A stretch of DNA of 64,000 bases, taken from contig OX597837.1 of NCBI GenBank assembly GCA_951406725.2, forward strand, positions 12,276,001 to 12,340,000, given 5' to 3'. The notes beneath the pieces were generated by a model. It made no database searches. It was not told where the DNA came from and was given only the letters and a program-made list of their open reading frames with translations. Shown here one piece after another: positions 41,291 to 54,583 of the stretch. Made by a program: the position numbers and the translations under genes. Position 1 is the stretch's first letter, and every line of letters begins with the position of its first letter. The stretch comes from Octopus vulgaris (Eukaryota).

Positions 41291-42754
41291 ATTTCGAAGT
41301 CAAATGTTGCCGTTTGCCTTCATCTCGTCTCCTTCACCATACATGTTTCACTGGTCCCAAGAAAACATATCCTGGGCGGCGAGTGTCATTGTCCTTTTTG
41401 TTCTGTTGTTTGGAGGCTTTCAGTTGCTGTTAGCTGCTGCATATGGTGTTACAGTTGCTTTCACTGTTGTCGCCACACTCTGCCGCCAGCATCGCTCCTG
41501 ATCACCTTGATCGTTGTTGCCGCTGTGATGGCGGTGTTCGCAGAAGCGGGAAGTCTTTATTCTTTCTATTGTTGTGGGCAGAATGCATTGAAGCGATTTC
41601 TGTCGCTCCCAAAGTGACACCGACTTTCTTCCTTCAACGGTCACATAGTTGTGAGCCGAATGGCAGATTTAATCCAAGATCGATTCCATGCTTTGGTAAA
41701 CCTGTTTACATTAAGAACAGAATACTACATCCAGGACGTGTAAGTGATTCGAACGCACATCACATATATTTGATTTTACAATGTTTTTAAATTCATACAA
41801 GAGCATGCTTATGTATATCTGTAACAAATTCGATTTCTACGTGATTTTTCGCGACTAATTAAGCCCTTCATTAATCAAATTTTCCAGTTAAAACTTCTCT
41901 TTTGTCAGTTTTTATTTCGTGTTGAAAGGTTTTGTAATATCCGTCGTTAAACTACCGGTTTCAAGATTTGAACCAGGATCGACAAATCTATTTGAATTAT
42001 AGGACAAAAAAATAATTTACTCCTAAAATGTAATGAAGCGAAAATGACTTATTCTTATAAAAGAGACAAAGGTGGCAGGCTGGCATCGGACAAAATGCTT
42101 AGTTGACATTCTATCAGACTCTTTACTTTCTGAGTACATATTCCGTCGAGGTCGACCTTGCGTTTCATCCCTCGGGGTCAATAAATTAAAATACCAGTTA
42201 ATCACCGCGGGCAATTAATCGACTTACCACTCCGCTAAAATTTCTGGTCTTGTGCCAACATTTAAAGCCTTTATAGAAGAGACAACAGAGACAATTCTTC
42301 GCTGCTTTTTTCTACAGACAGCTGAATGTTGTCTCTTAAATCTATCCAGTATTACATCACAAAACTCATCAACCCTGTCAAATACTTAAAAAAAAAACAT
42401 CCATATATCGATTAACATACACTCACTCTCTCTTTCTCTCGCATGCATAAACGCATATCCTCTTTGCTTTAAATCAAATGTTTTTGCGCTTTATAGTTTT
42501 CTAACACAGAACATTATCATATAACACAACATGAACAGCTGTGATCAATATATAACACAGGCTGGCGTATGTGTTACATTGACAATTTAAAAAAGATATT
42601 TGCTTGAATCTCAATTTTTTATGGTTTATAACACTTTACTTTAATCATGAATCTCAATGATAACAAAAAGAAACAATATCATTTTATAGATCTTTACAAC
42701 TCCAGGTGATAGAGTTTAAAAAATGAACAAATTGTGTATATAAATACTAATGTT

Positions 42755-42852
42755 GCAGTAATCTCGCTGAAGAAGATACTCAAGTTTATTCTTTATAAAA
42801 TGGTGACAGACTCACTTCGTCACGATCAAGCAGAGACGTGATATAACTATGC
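42755..42852 (+). promoter_or_regulatory. Conserved non-coding module upstream of paralog 5
   Basis: gcagtaatctc...tctttataaaatggtgacagactcacttcgtcacgatcaagcagag...gatataactatg, with a TATA-like TATAAAA at 42794. Confidence 0.5.
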
Positions 42853-43740
42853 AGTGGTGCGTGAATCTCATCTTTGGAAAGTACGGTGGTAAATCGAAAT
42901 TTCGGTCTTATTCGGCCTTTTCAGCAAAGCATATTCTTACAAGATTTACCAGAACCCAGATATCTGAATGAAGATTTTCAGTGTACAATATTGAATTATA
43001 GGACAAAATAATAATTTACTACTAAAATGTAATGAAGCGAAAATGACTTATTCTTATAAAAGAGACAAAGGTGGCGTGCTGGCATCGGACAAAATGCTGG
43101 GAACAAACTTTAGTAAAAATGTATTCCTTTTCATGCCTCAGTCACTAGAGGAAAGAAAGTCGCTCGAATTTTATTTTGTGAAAATTTTATTCTGTGATAA
43201 AGAAAAAAAATTTGATGGCATCCTCTAAGCTGAAACTCATTTCGTGTGTGTGCAACAGAGTAGACTCTGCTTAGGCCATTCAAGTGTCCAAAAAATTTTC
43301 TTAATTTTTCCCCAAACGCCCGTGCTTGTTTTCAGTTTTACTCTTTGCTTCGTCCGTTTTGAGAAGTATAAAGATTTCCTTCCATGAATCCCAAGATCCT
43401 CTGGTGCTTCAAAAAAAAATTTGTAAATGTGTAAAATACTCGGTCCATTTGGAAAAATATGAGCTGCATATCACATGTGATGCACAAGGCAGGCAAAAAA
43501 CTAAAGAAAGCAGCAGAAATCAATGTTATGAAGCAACTTTATTTGGAATAACTTAATTTAACTTAAAAGTTATGAAGTAACATAAATTGATAGACTGTGG
43601 TAGTGGTTCCCATCTTGGAGTCTGCGGACACCTGGTGGTCTGCAAAGGTAGTACTGGGCTCCGTGAAATAAATTCAAAATTACGTATACATACATGCGTA
43701 CATACATGTACGTATATATATATATATATACATATAGACA

Positions 43741-43834
<94 letters not shown>

Positions 43835-44096
43835 ATAATTTGTAATTTGTAATATATGTAATAATTTGAATTCGCCTTAAATGGTCCCTTTGCATACTGA
43901 ACACTTGGTGAAATTGATTAATAATTAATTAATTTTACCCTCAATTGTTGAAATTATATATATATATATATATAACTTATAAACAAGGGCAAAAGAAAAA
44001 AAATTCTAATGCCAAATATGCCGAAAATAGACAAATTGTCAATAACCATACAATTTATCACTACTGGCTATTGACAATTTGTCTATTTTCGGCATA

Positions 44097-44662
<566 letters not shown>

Positions 44663-45274
44663 CAACATGGACAAAAGAATGTTTTTGAATTAAACTTTTG
44701 GTTAACCGTGTAAAAGATCCTGTTTAAAGCTTAAAGTAAAAATTTGAAAAATTTATTCATTGATCAAAACTGCACTCACTGTAGAGTCTGCTTTGATATA
44801 CTACGTGTGGTTGTAAAAGAGAGATAGGCATTCGACTTTACTGTGTAATTCTACGAGTGTGTGTATATATATTGCTGTACGAAGTCGCTGCTCGTATACA
44901 TATGTGTAGGTACTCGTAAATATAGGCTATGGCATATCGTTGCTGATGAGAGCAGTAAGTAATTTTTTTTTTTACTTTAAGCTTGAAACAGGATCTTCTA
45001 CACGGTTAAATGAAAGTTTCGTTCATTATCTTTCTTTTGGCGGATTACAGTCCGTGTTTTATTTTTCGGATTTTTTTGAGGTGGTATTAGCGTCTTTTGG
45101 CGTTTATTTTTTTAGCACGTGGAGAGGCTTATAGCCAATCTCTTGTTATAATTATGTATATAATTATTAAAATATTTGTAAAATTTACCTATAAGGTTTT
45201 TCTTTCCGTGCTGACCCTCTAGTAAAATCATTAATGATTTTTGTCCCTTATTATAAATAATATATATATATATG

Positions 45275-45329
<55 letters not shown>

Positions 45330-45499
45330 TATAATATATATACGTATATACACATATATATATATATACTTACATACATGCATACATACATGCATATATA
45401 CATACACACATACATACAAACATACATACATACATACATATATATATATAAGTATATATATAATATATAATATATATATATTTATACATACATATATAT

Positions 45500-45572
<73 letters not shown>

Positions 45573-46046
45573 CACACATAAGAATAAGCAATAATAAATG
45601 GTGTCCTTGCGAAAACTAATTTAAATATAAGGATTGGGAATCACTGTGAAAAGTTTGGGGACCACTTGTCTATGGTATTAATGTAAAATATTTGTACTTT
45701 GCCATACTCCGTACTTTCCTGAATAAAATTATCTTTACTTTTTCCTACGACCGCAGTGTGATTCGATGATTTCTTTATAGTTTTATATTTTCTTTCTATT
45801 TCAGGTTGATGAATAAAAACTCAAAATGGAATCTTGGTGAAGGAATTTTTTCCGATGCAATGTCTTCTCATCACCAAACACAGCCAGCAGTATATTATAA
45901 ATATTAATCTGAATCGTTGAATGGTTCCAATTGTTCATCGCAAGTACGGAAAATAAATATTGGTTAGTGTAGAACATCTTGCCGTTCCTCAAACTCACTG
46001 AGCCAACAATGGGAAAAACAGATTAGAATAGAACGTGTCAAAGAAA

Positions 46047-47528
46047 ATGTCGAAGTTGAACGAATTTATCAGCCATTATTGTTCATGTCGATGGCGGCTG
46101 TGCTATGTCAGCTTTTTCGCTTTGCTTCTCATGCAGACTTTACGTGTAGACCTTAGTATGTCGTTAGTTTGCATGTTAAAAACACCCAATCGTACAATTG
46201 ATGAAGTCAACCTTACTCGAAATAACGAACACTGTTCTCGTTCAGACAATCGCACATCAAATGGAGAGGATTTTGAAGGAGAGTTCGAATGGAGTAACAT
46301 TCTGCAATCAAACATGCTGGCTGGATACTTTTATGGATACACAATTACTAACCTTCTTGGCGGTGTATTAGCTGACAAATATGGTGGAAAGAGAGTTATG
46401 GGGGCTTCCATATTCTCAGCTTCTCTCCTGGCCATTCTTCACCCAAGTCTAACACGAATAAGTGGTTATTTCACTCTTGTATTGAGGATACTTACAGGTC
46501 TGGTCTCAGCACCCATGCTACCCGCTGTCCAGTCCCTATGGGGGAGGTGGGCCCCACCAAGAGAAAGTAGTGTTTTGATAGGGATTACAATTGCCGGTCA
46601 AACAGTCGGTAGTATTGTCGGTCTGTCAGCTTCCGGTTTCCTTTGTGTTTATGGCTTTGATAATGGATGGGGTTCTATATTTTATATATTTGGTGGATTA
46701 TCGTTGGTGTTTAGCTTTGTGTGGATTTATGTTGTTTATGATAATCCAAACGTCCATCCAACTATCAGCGAAAAAGAACGTTCCTACTTAAACAAAACAA
46801 TAACATGTAAAAGTAAAGTGAAGAACGTGCCTTGGAAAAGCATCATGTCTTCTACAGCCGTTTGGGCCATCATTATGGGGCATACACTTATTAGCTGGAC
46901 CGCTATTTCTTTCCAAGTGACTCTGCCTTTGTATATGAAAGAAGCGTTAAATATTGATACGAAATCAAACGGTTTAATGTCTTCAGCTCCGTTTATTGGG
47001 CAAATGATCGCCATACCATTTTGTGGAAGATTTGCAGACTTCTTGCGTTCAAACAATTATCTTTCAACACGATCCGTTCGAGTTCTTTTCCAGTCAGTTT
47101 CTTACATTGGTTCAGCGTCTCTGATTATCGTAATCGGATTCCTTAATTGCAACCAAACAACATTGGCCGGAATTCTTTTCTTTTTCGCCGGTGCCAGCCT
47201 AACTTTCTATGTTGGGGGTTTCGTTGTGAATCATGTTGACATTGCTCCTAAATACGCTGGTATATTGTTCGGAATTACAAATACCTTCGCATCGTTACCT
47301 GCCTTTCTGGCTCCTTTAACCACAAAATCACTAACACCAAACGGAACACGACAAGAATGGCAGATAGCTTTATCATTGTGTGCCATATCGTCTGTGTGTG
47401 GGACAATATTCTATGCAATATTCGCGAGAGGGGATGTACAAGATTGGGCTAAATCTGATGAAATATCGATTAAAAATTCTTCAAACGAGGAAGAAACTAT
47501 AAAACTAAATGAGGAAAAGCAAAGATAG
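46047..47528 (+). CDS. SLC17/sialin-like MFS transporter, 493 aa (paralog 5)
   Basis: Intact ORF. The ATG at 46047 is homologous to the starts of paralogs 3 and 4; the track start at 46035 is a GTG. Confidence 0.95.
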   Translation: MSKLNEFISHYCSCRWRLCYVSFFALLLMQTLRVDLSMSLVCMLKTPNRTIDEVNLTRNNEHCSRSDNRTSNGEDFEGEFEWSNILQSNMLAGYFYGYTITNLLGGVLADKYGGKRVMGASIFSASLLAILHPSLTRISGYFTLVLRILTGLVSAPMLPAVQSLWGRWAPPRESSVLIGITIAGQTVGSIVGLSASGFLCVYGFDNGWGSIFYIFGGLSLVFSFVWIYVVYDNPNVHPTISEKERSYLNKTITCKSKVKNVPWKSIMSSTAVWAIIMGHTLISWTAISFQVTLPLYMKEALNIDTKSNGLMSSAPFIGQMIAIPFCGRFADFLRSNNYLSTRSVRVLFQSVSYIGSASLIIVIGFLNCNQTTLAGILFFFAGASLTFYVGGFVVNHVDIAPKYAGILFGITNTFASLPAFLAPLTTKSLTPNGTRQEWQIALSLCAISSVCGTIFYAIFARGDVQDWAKSDEISIKNSSNEEETIKLNEEKQR

Positions 47529-47619
47529 TATTTGTCCTGTTTCTGTTAGTAACTAACAAACTTCGAAGAGGTTTTCGCCGTAGGATTTATATCTTCGAGT
47601 TGGCCTTGTTAAAATATTA

Positions 47620-49400
47620 TGAAGGTCGCGAGTTGTAAGAATAGTTAGAGTGCCGGATAACATGCTTAGCGGCATGTAATCTGTCTTTACGTTTTGAGTT
47701 AAAATTTTGCCGAGGTTGCTCTGCCTTTCACATTTTCTGGGTCGATGGAATATGTATCTGCTGAGCACTGATTGGATGTAATCGAACTTTCCCTTCTCAA
47801 GAACTTGCTGGCTTTGTGCTAAATTTGAAATCATCATCATGGCGACGAGCTGGCAGAATCGCTAGAATGCCGGATAAAATGCTTAGCGGCATCGCGTCCA
47901 TCGAGTTCGAGAGTTCAAATTCCGCCGAGGACGACTCTGCCTTGCACTCTTTTGGGGAAGAAGAAATAGGTACCAGTTGAGCACCGGGTTCGATGCAATC
48001 CACTTAGTCCTTCCCCAAAATTCTAGACCATGTGCCTATAACAGAAAGGAGGATATTATTAAGGTGGTTAGCTGAGATGGAAGTTAGCACGCCGATAAAA
48101 ATGGCGGCAAGCTAGCAGGATAGTTAGCACGGCGTTAAAAATGGCGGTAAATTGGCAGGATAGTTAGCACGCCGTTAAAAATGGCGGCAAGCTAGTAGGA
48201 TAATTAGCACGCCGATAAAAATGCTTAGCAGCGTCTCTTCCGGCTCTTTACATTCTAAGTTCAAATTCCGCTGAGGTTGACTTTGCCTTTCGTCCTTTCG
48301 GGGAACGGTAAAATAAGTAACATTTGACTATTGGGGTCGATGTTATCTTAACATTTCTCCTCCCTCCAATTTTTAGGCCTTGTGCCCTTGTAGAACAGAT
48401 TATTACGAAGGCCTCAAGCTGGCGGAATTTTTAGCATGCTGGGCAAAATACTTAGCGACATTTCGGCCGTCTTTATGTTCCGAGATCAAATACCACGGGG
48501 ATCAGCTTTGCCTTCCATCTTTTCGGGGTCGATGAAATATGCACCAGTTACACACTGGAGTCGATGTAATCGACTTCCCTACCCACAATTTCCGATTTTT
48601 TGCTTATATTTTAGGTATTTTGCTTATAATGGGAGGGATTATTAGCAAGGCGGCGGGTTGGCAGAGTCGGTAACACTCTGGACCAATACTTAGCAGTATT
48701 TCGTCAGTCTTAACGATCTGAGTTCAAACTCCGCGTCCCGCCAAATTTCAACCCTTATGTCTATTACAGAAAAGTTTAATACCAAGGCCGAATATGCCTT
48801 TAGCAGTCGACCAAATAAGTACCAGTTAAATATGGAGGGCGATGTACTTGTAACAGAAAGAAAGAAATTTGTTAAGGCGTGGAACTGGTAGAGTCGTTTT
48901 CAAGCCAGACAAAAATACTTAATGGTATTTCTTCCGGCTTTTAACATTCTGGGTTCTAATTTCGCCGAGGCCGACTTTGCTTTTTACCGTTTCTGGGTCG
49001 ATGAAATAAATACCAGTCGACTTACACGCTCCCTTTAAAATACTGTTTTTGTGTCAAAATTCAAATTATTATTATTATTATTATTACCTATGCCTCTCAT
49101 TCTTTTAGTGTCAGTAAAATTAAACCCCGGTCAAAAACTGTATTTAATGCTATTGATCGTGCTGTTTCTCAGATTTCGAGCGTTTTGCCAATGAGAGAAA
49201 TATTAAGGGCGGTGAATTGTCAGCCATTGGAGTGTCGGACAGAAGTCCTTGCGGTTTTTCTTCCAGATCTTTATGCTCTGGGTTCAAATCCTGCCGATGA
49301 GAAATTTGCTTTTTAACCCACTCAGGGTCGATAAAACGAAATATCAGTCAAATACTAATATCGGGGTCATCGATGGGCCCCAACCGCTCAAAGCTGTTGT
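47620..49400 (+). mobile_element. Cluster of ~7-8 decayed, co-oriented SINE family B copies, including a 40-bp tandem repeat at 48082-48223
   Basis: Repeated gagctggcagaatcg / gagttcaaattccgccgagg / gggtcgatg motifs. Confidence 0.75.
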
Positions 49401-49719
49401 CCTTCAGCGCTTTTCATATAATGTGTCTCTATGTTTTTTTTCTTATTTTGTCTTTCAGTTTCATTTTTAATGTGCATTTTCAGAGGACCAAAGAGCGCAG
49501 CTCTGTGCACCTTGGGTACGTGCAAAATTTAATTCGGGATTTGTACTTTCTACTGCATTACAGATACGTAACATATACATTTACAAGGAGATGTATGATA
49601 GTGACCTCGAAGTTTCAGCCTGGTGGACACAAACACACGCACACCGAAAATCAAAGTCATGGAACCATGAAAGAAAGCGATTAAAACCTGTTAAAGAAAG
49701 ATTATATTAAGATTAAGGG

Positions 49720-49834
<115 letters not shown>

Positions 49835-50221
49835 TCAATAAATGGTGGGGTTGTGTTGACCGCACGTGGAGAAATGATAAGCAAGGAAAAATTGTAAAAA
49901 TGCAGAATGCTCAAATGAAAGAAAATTTTCATAAAATGAGAAAATGATAAAATATATAAATATATATTTATTCAACCGGTTTTCGTCATTGTATGACTTG
50001 TCAAGAATATTTATGTTAAAAAGTTTTTTAAAAATTAGAAAGGGGAAAAAGAGAAAATTGCATTGGTTTTTGCAAAAGAATAATAATAAGAATGTACAAA
50101 AATTAAAAAATGAGTACTCCGATACATTGTGAGTTCGTTGTGTATCTTGAGTTTAGTGATTGTTATATATATACATATACACACACACATATATACATAC
50201 ATACATACATACATACATACA

Positions 50222-50257
<36 letters not shown>

Positions 50258-50269
50258 TATATAAAATAC

Positions 50270-50875
50270 TTTTTTGCGTAATAAGATAAAAAAAACCAAG
50301 GCTGTTTTTGAGCATTTATAGATAAAAGGTCTTACAGCTGTTTCTAGGATATTTATTTATTATATCCCTTCATCGGAGCCGGTGTGAGAGAATAGTTAAG
50401 TCATAGTTAGTTTAGATGTGATACAAAATGGAGAGTGAGGTGGAGGAAAGAAAATAGATGAAAAAAGCCTTCCATCGCATTCTTCAGATGAGGTCCTTAG
50501 CTTTGGAAAGGAGGAGTAAGAGGAAAGTCTTTTGTGAATGAATAGGTGTATCCTTAAGAGAGATGCCAAGGAATCGTTTATCCATTACTGAAGCGTTACC
50601 TGGGATAACTGCTTATAATAGCGAAGTTGAGGTTATAATAGATAAAGGTGACATTGAGACCCAGATGTGTCAGGTGATGCTGAATAGGTGTTATAGACAG
50701 ATCATAGTTCAGTTCCAGATTTGGTAATATTGCGAATAAAGGGCTCAAAGTTGGTTCTATGTCAGCGTGTGTATATAAGAATTTTTTTCGTAATAAGATA
50801 AAAAAAACCAAGGCTGTGTAGATATTAGAGCATTTATAGATAGAAGGTCTTACGGGTATTTCTAGGATATTTATT
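50270..50875 (-). mobile_element. Penelope/retrozyme-like element with partial direct repeats and a hammerhead-like motif (50328-50380)
   Basis: 50270-50355 repeats at ~50785-50875. The RC motif is ggct-CCGATGA-agggatat-aataaataa-atatccta-GAAA-cagctg-TA-agac. Confidence 0.55.
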
Positions 50876-51760
50876 AATTCGTTTCAGCTATGCGGCTGTA
50901 GTTATGCTGGAGCACCACCTGATTTTGCATCTTTATCTATGACTCTTCTTAGGCTGATTTCTTCATGATGGCAGGGTTTTACGTCACCAATTCCGTATGT
51001 GTTTTTGCCCAGGTTGTTGGCCCATTTAGAGCATGAGAGAGTTTGACACCGCTGCTCTCATCTGTACCTCATGCCGGTCGTTGTTTCACCCGGTATTGAG
51101 GAGAAAGTCAAGTTCTCTTTTCAAGACATCTACATGCACAAGTGTAGGTTTCTTAATTTGTGTGACAGGGCATTGAACCCTAAGCTATTTCGGAACCTGG
51201 TCTTGAATTTAGATGGAATTCATGTTAGCTCTGGTATATAACAACGACTTCCAATTCGGGCATTTGTATAACACTCAGTGCCTATATCTGCTTCTAGCCC
51301 TCCCAGAATTTCCCATATGTAGATTATTACAAATCTGTCTCGCCTCTGCTCCAGGGATTAAATATGTAGTTTATTCAGCTCCTACCCGTCGCTCATCTGC
51401 TGCACTGTTCAAATTATGTTAGCGTAGTGATGTTGGACCGCTTCAAGCTTCGCTGTTAGTTTGGTACTATGCGGTGACCATAGTTTGATACTATATAGTA
51501 GTGCTATGTAGTGTCCCTATGAAGGACAAAGGCCCTTCACATGGTTAACATAACTTCGTGTTCTCTTCTCTTGAAGGGCCTTAGTATCCATCATGCCAGT
51601 TGTTTGTACTTTGTTGCTGTCTTGGTGATGTGCATATGAAGTAATGCCTCATCGCACATACCGGTCTCCAAGACTCACATTGCTTACGACGCTGGGCTTG
51701 CAGTGCCTTCGGGACATGTATATGCATGTAGCGGTGCATTTAGCTGAAATTTTCCAACTG
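50876..51760 (-). mobile_element. Decayed CR1/L2-group LINE 3' portion
   Basis: Minus-strand translation WILRPFKRRE..VML...LWSPH...LEAVQ...SLEQRRDRFVIIYIWEILGGL matches the C-terminus of the RT ORF. The 3' end reads ggtggtgctccagcataactacagccgcatagctgaaac. Confidence 0.75.
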
Positions 51761-52330
51761 CATATTGTTTAGTTCAGCCCACTTGTATATTAGAATCAGG
51801 TGGTAGTAAAAATTCCTAAAATTTTTTTTACACTAATATTATTAATTATGTATAAAAATTTCTGGTAGATTCGTTCGAAGATTTTGCCGGCGATTTCCTG
51901 CTGCCGACAAAAAAGACTGCGATTGCGCACTGGATTTGAAAATATTTAACATATACGAGCAATGAGACGCATGCTGGATTGGTCTCGTTGTATGCGTATT
52001 CAATATATGGTGTCCCTCTTGATAACGACTTCGCCTAGTGAATAATAATTTTTATTTACTAAAATAGGTCAGTAACCACGATCCAAGAATCAGATGGTAA
52101 TTGTTTTCATTTCTTAATTCCCTTCGAAAACTTATCCCTAATTAGTGATTTGGAAATTGACTGTTATTTCTAGCGTAACGGATTCCTATGAATAATATAT
52201 TGTCTATTGACTAATTTTTTTTTTACGCAGGGCCAGTGGTAGTATAAATTTCTAAAATTTTTATTACCCTGATATTATTAATTATTTATAATAGTTTCTG
52301 GTAGATTCGTTCGAAGATTTTGCCTAATTA

Positions 52331-53015
52331 GTGGTTTGTTTTCATTTTTTAATTCCCTTCGAGAATTTATCCCTAATTTGTGGTTTGTTTTCATTTTTTA
52401 ATTCCCTTCGAGAATTTATCCCTAATTTGTGGTTTGTTTTCATTTTTTAATTCCCTTCGAGAATTTATCCCTAATTTGTGGTTTGTTTTCATTTCTTAAT
52501 TCCCTTCGAGAATTTATCCCTAATTTGTGGTTTGTTTTCATTTCTTAATTCCCTTCGAGAATTTATCCCTAATTTGTGGTTTGTTTTCATTTTTTAATTC
52601 CCTTCGAGAATTTATCCCTAATTTGTGGTTTGTTTTTATTTTTTAATTCCCTTCGAGAATTTATCCCTAATTTGTGGTTTGTTTTCATTTCTTAATTCCC
52701 TTCGAGAATTTATCCCTAATTTGTGGTTTGTTTTCATTTTTTAATTCCCTTCGAGAATTTATCCCTAATTTGTGGTTTGTTTTTATTTTTTAATTCCCTT
52801 CGAGAATTTATCCCTAATTTGTGGTTTGTTTTCATTTCTTAATTCCTTCGAGAATTTATCCCTAATTTGTGGTTTGTTTTCATTTCTTAATTCCCTTCGA
52901 GAATTTATCCCTAATTTGTGGTTTGTTTTCATTTCTTAATTCCCTTCGAGAATTTATCCCTAATTTGTGGTTTGTTTTTATTTTTTAATTCCCTTCGAGA
53001 ATTTATCCCTAATTA
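52331..53015. repeat. 49-bp minisatellite, ~14 copies
   Basis: Unit gtggtttgttttcattttttaattcccttcgagaatttatccctaattt starts at 52331, 52380, 52429, 52478 and onward. Confidence 0.95.
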
Positions 53016-53051
53016 GTGCTTTGGAAATTGACTGTTATTTCTAGCGTAACG

Positions 53052-54121
53052 GGTACTAGTCGTGGAGACTGGACCCGGTGCGCGCAGACGCGCATCCGTG
53101 CTAGCCAGTCGTAGGTAGTCGATCCTACAGTGACTTGCGTATTGTGTTTACTTTGAATAGCTACGGCAAACTGCTTTTAACAGGAAAATCGGTTACTGGT
53201 GACAAGCCAACAACGTGGGGTCAGAATTTAGTTGCCAGGCAGATAGAGGAAGGGTATTACAGTGACAGATCACAGACGAACATAACACTAATTGCCTCGT
53301 ATGAAATGGTTCACTAATTAACTTATGAGGCTCCTGTCAACGACCAAGCCTCTTTAATGTAAACTGATAGTAACCAAATTTCCCCCACGTAGGAGTAAAA
53401 CATTTCTATGAAGTAAAGGGTTACTTTACGTCTGGTTAGAAATAAACTCCTTTGATCAGGTCTGCACGACCAGGGCAGTGTTGGGACTGGGAACTGTTCA
53501 GCTGAAGTTAAAGACGAGAGTTCAGTTGGGTCTTTGGAGAAACTGAAAACAAGGAGCAAACACAGACCTTGTACAACTTCGGTCAAGAGATATCTTCCAC
53601 CGAGCTGTTAGAAATAGCAGCCGAATTTTGTTTTAAAGTCAAACTGAACAATGCAGTATTGGATTTACAACAAAGCGGGATGGCCACGACCAAAATGTCT
53701 AATAATTAAGGGTTGGTCAGGGGTTAAATTCCAGTTAAAAGAGAACGAGCATAGCTGAATGTTTAACGAAGTTTGCCGTAGCTATGCAAAGGAAACACAA
53801 GTGAATGGTCGCCTGTAGGGGTCTACTTTGAAAAAAAAAAATGTTTGACTATCCTTAAGGTTGTTTTGCTTTTTTTTTCAATGCTTCTAATTGTTTTGTA
53901 ACGAAAAAAAAAAACGCAATTGTCTTTAAAATAATATACACCGTATATCGTTAAAAAATATTTCCTAAGCTTCAGTAGGGGCTCGCTATTAACTTAGTTT
54001 TTGCAGTTTTGCGCCAATCAGCTAATTTCCATGCGCAAATCGATGTAGGATAGACCACCTACGACTGGCTAGCGCGTCTGCGCGAGTGCACGCACCGGGT
54101 CCAGTCTCCACGACTAGTACC
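53052..54121. mobile_element. Non-autonomous TIR DNA transposon (MITE), Merlin-like
   Basis: 31-bp perfect TIR ggtactagtcgtggagactggacccggtgcg (imperfect to ~78 bp), with 8-bp TSD gcgtaacg at 53044-53051 and 54122-54129. The empty site is present in other monomers. A GG-start TIR with an 8-bp TSD fits Merlin. Confidence 0.85.
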
Positions 54122-54583
54122 GCGTAACGGATTATTATGATTAATATATAGTCTATTGACTATTTTTTTTTACGCAGGGCCAGTGGTAGTATAAATTTCT
54201 ACAATTTTTATTACCCTGATATTATAAATTATGTATAATAATTTCTGGTAGATTCGTTCGAAGGTTTTGTCGGTGATTTGCTGCTGCCGACAAAAAAGAC
54301 TGCGATTGCGCACTGGATTTGAAAATATTTAACATATACGAGCAATGAGACGCATGCTGGATTGGTCTCGTTGTATGCGTATTCAATATATGGTGTCCCT
54401 CTTGATAACCACTTTGCGTCGTGAATAATAATTTTTATTTGCTAAAATAGGTCAGTAACCACGATCCAAGAATCAGATGGTAATTGTTTTCATTTCTTAA
54501 TTCCCTTCGAGAATTTATCCCTAATTAGTGATTTGGAAATTGACTGTTATTTCTAGCGTAACGGATTCCTATGAATAATGTAT

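Noticed and set aside
46035-46046. Track start for paralog 5 (MSKK extension)
   Set aside because: The codon is GTG; the ATG at 46047 matches the paralog starts.
51860-52300. Satellite monomer as an snRNA, tRNA or ribozyme gene array
   Set aside because: It has hairpins, but I found no recognisable Pol III boxes, Sm site, known RNA sequence or hammerhead core on either strand. An Rfam scan would be the decisive test.
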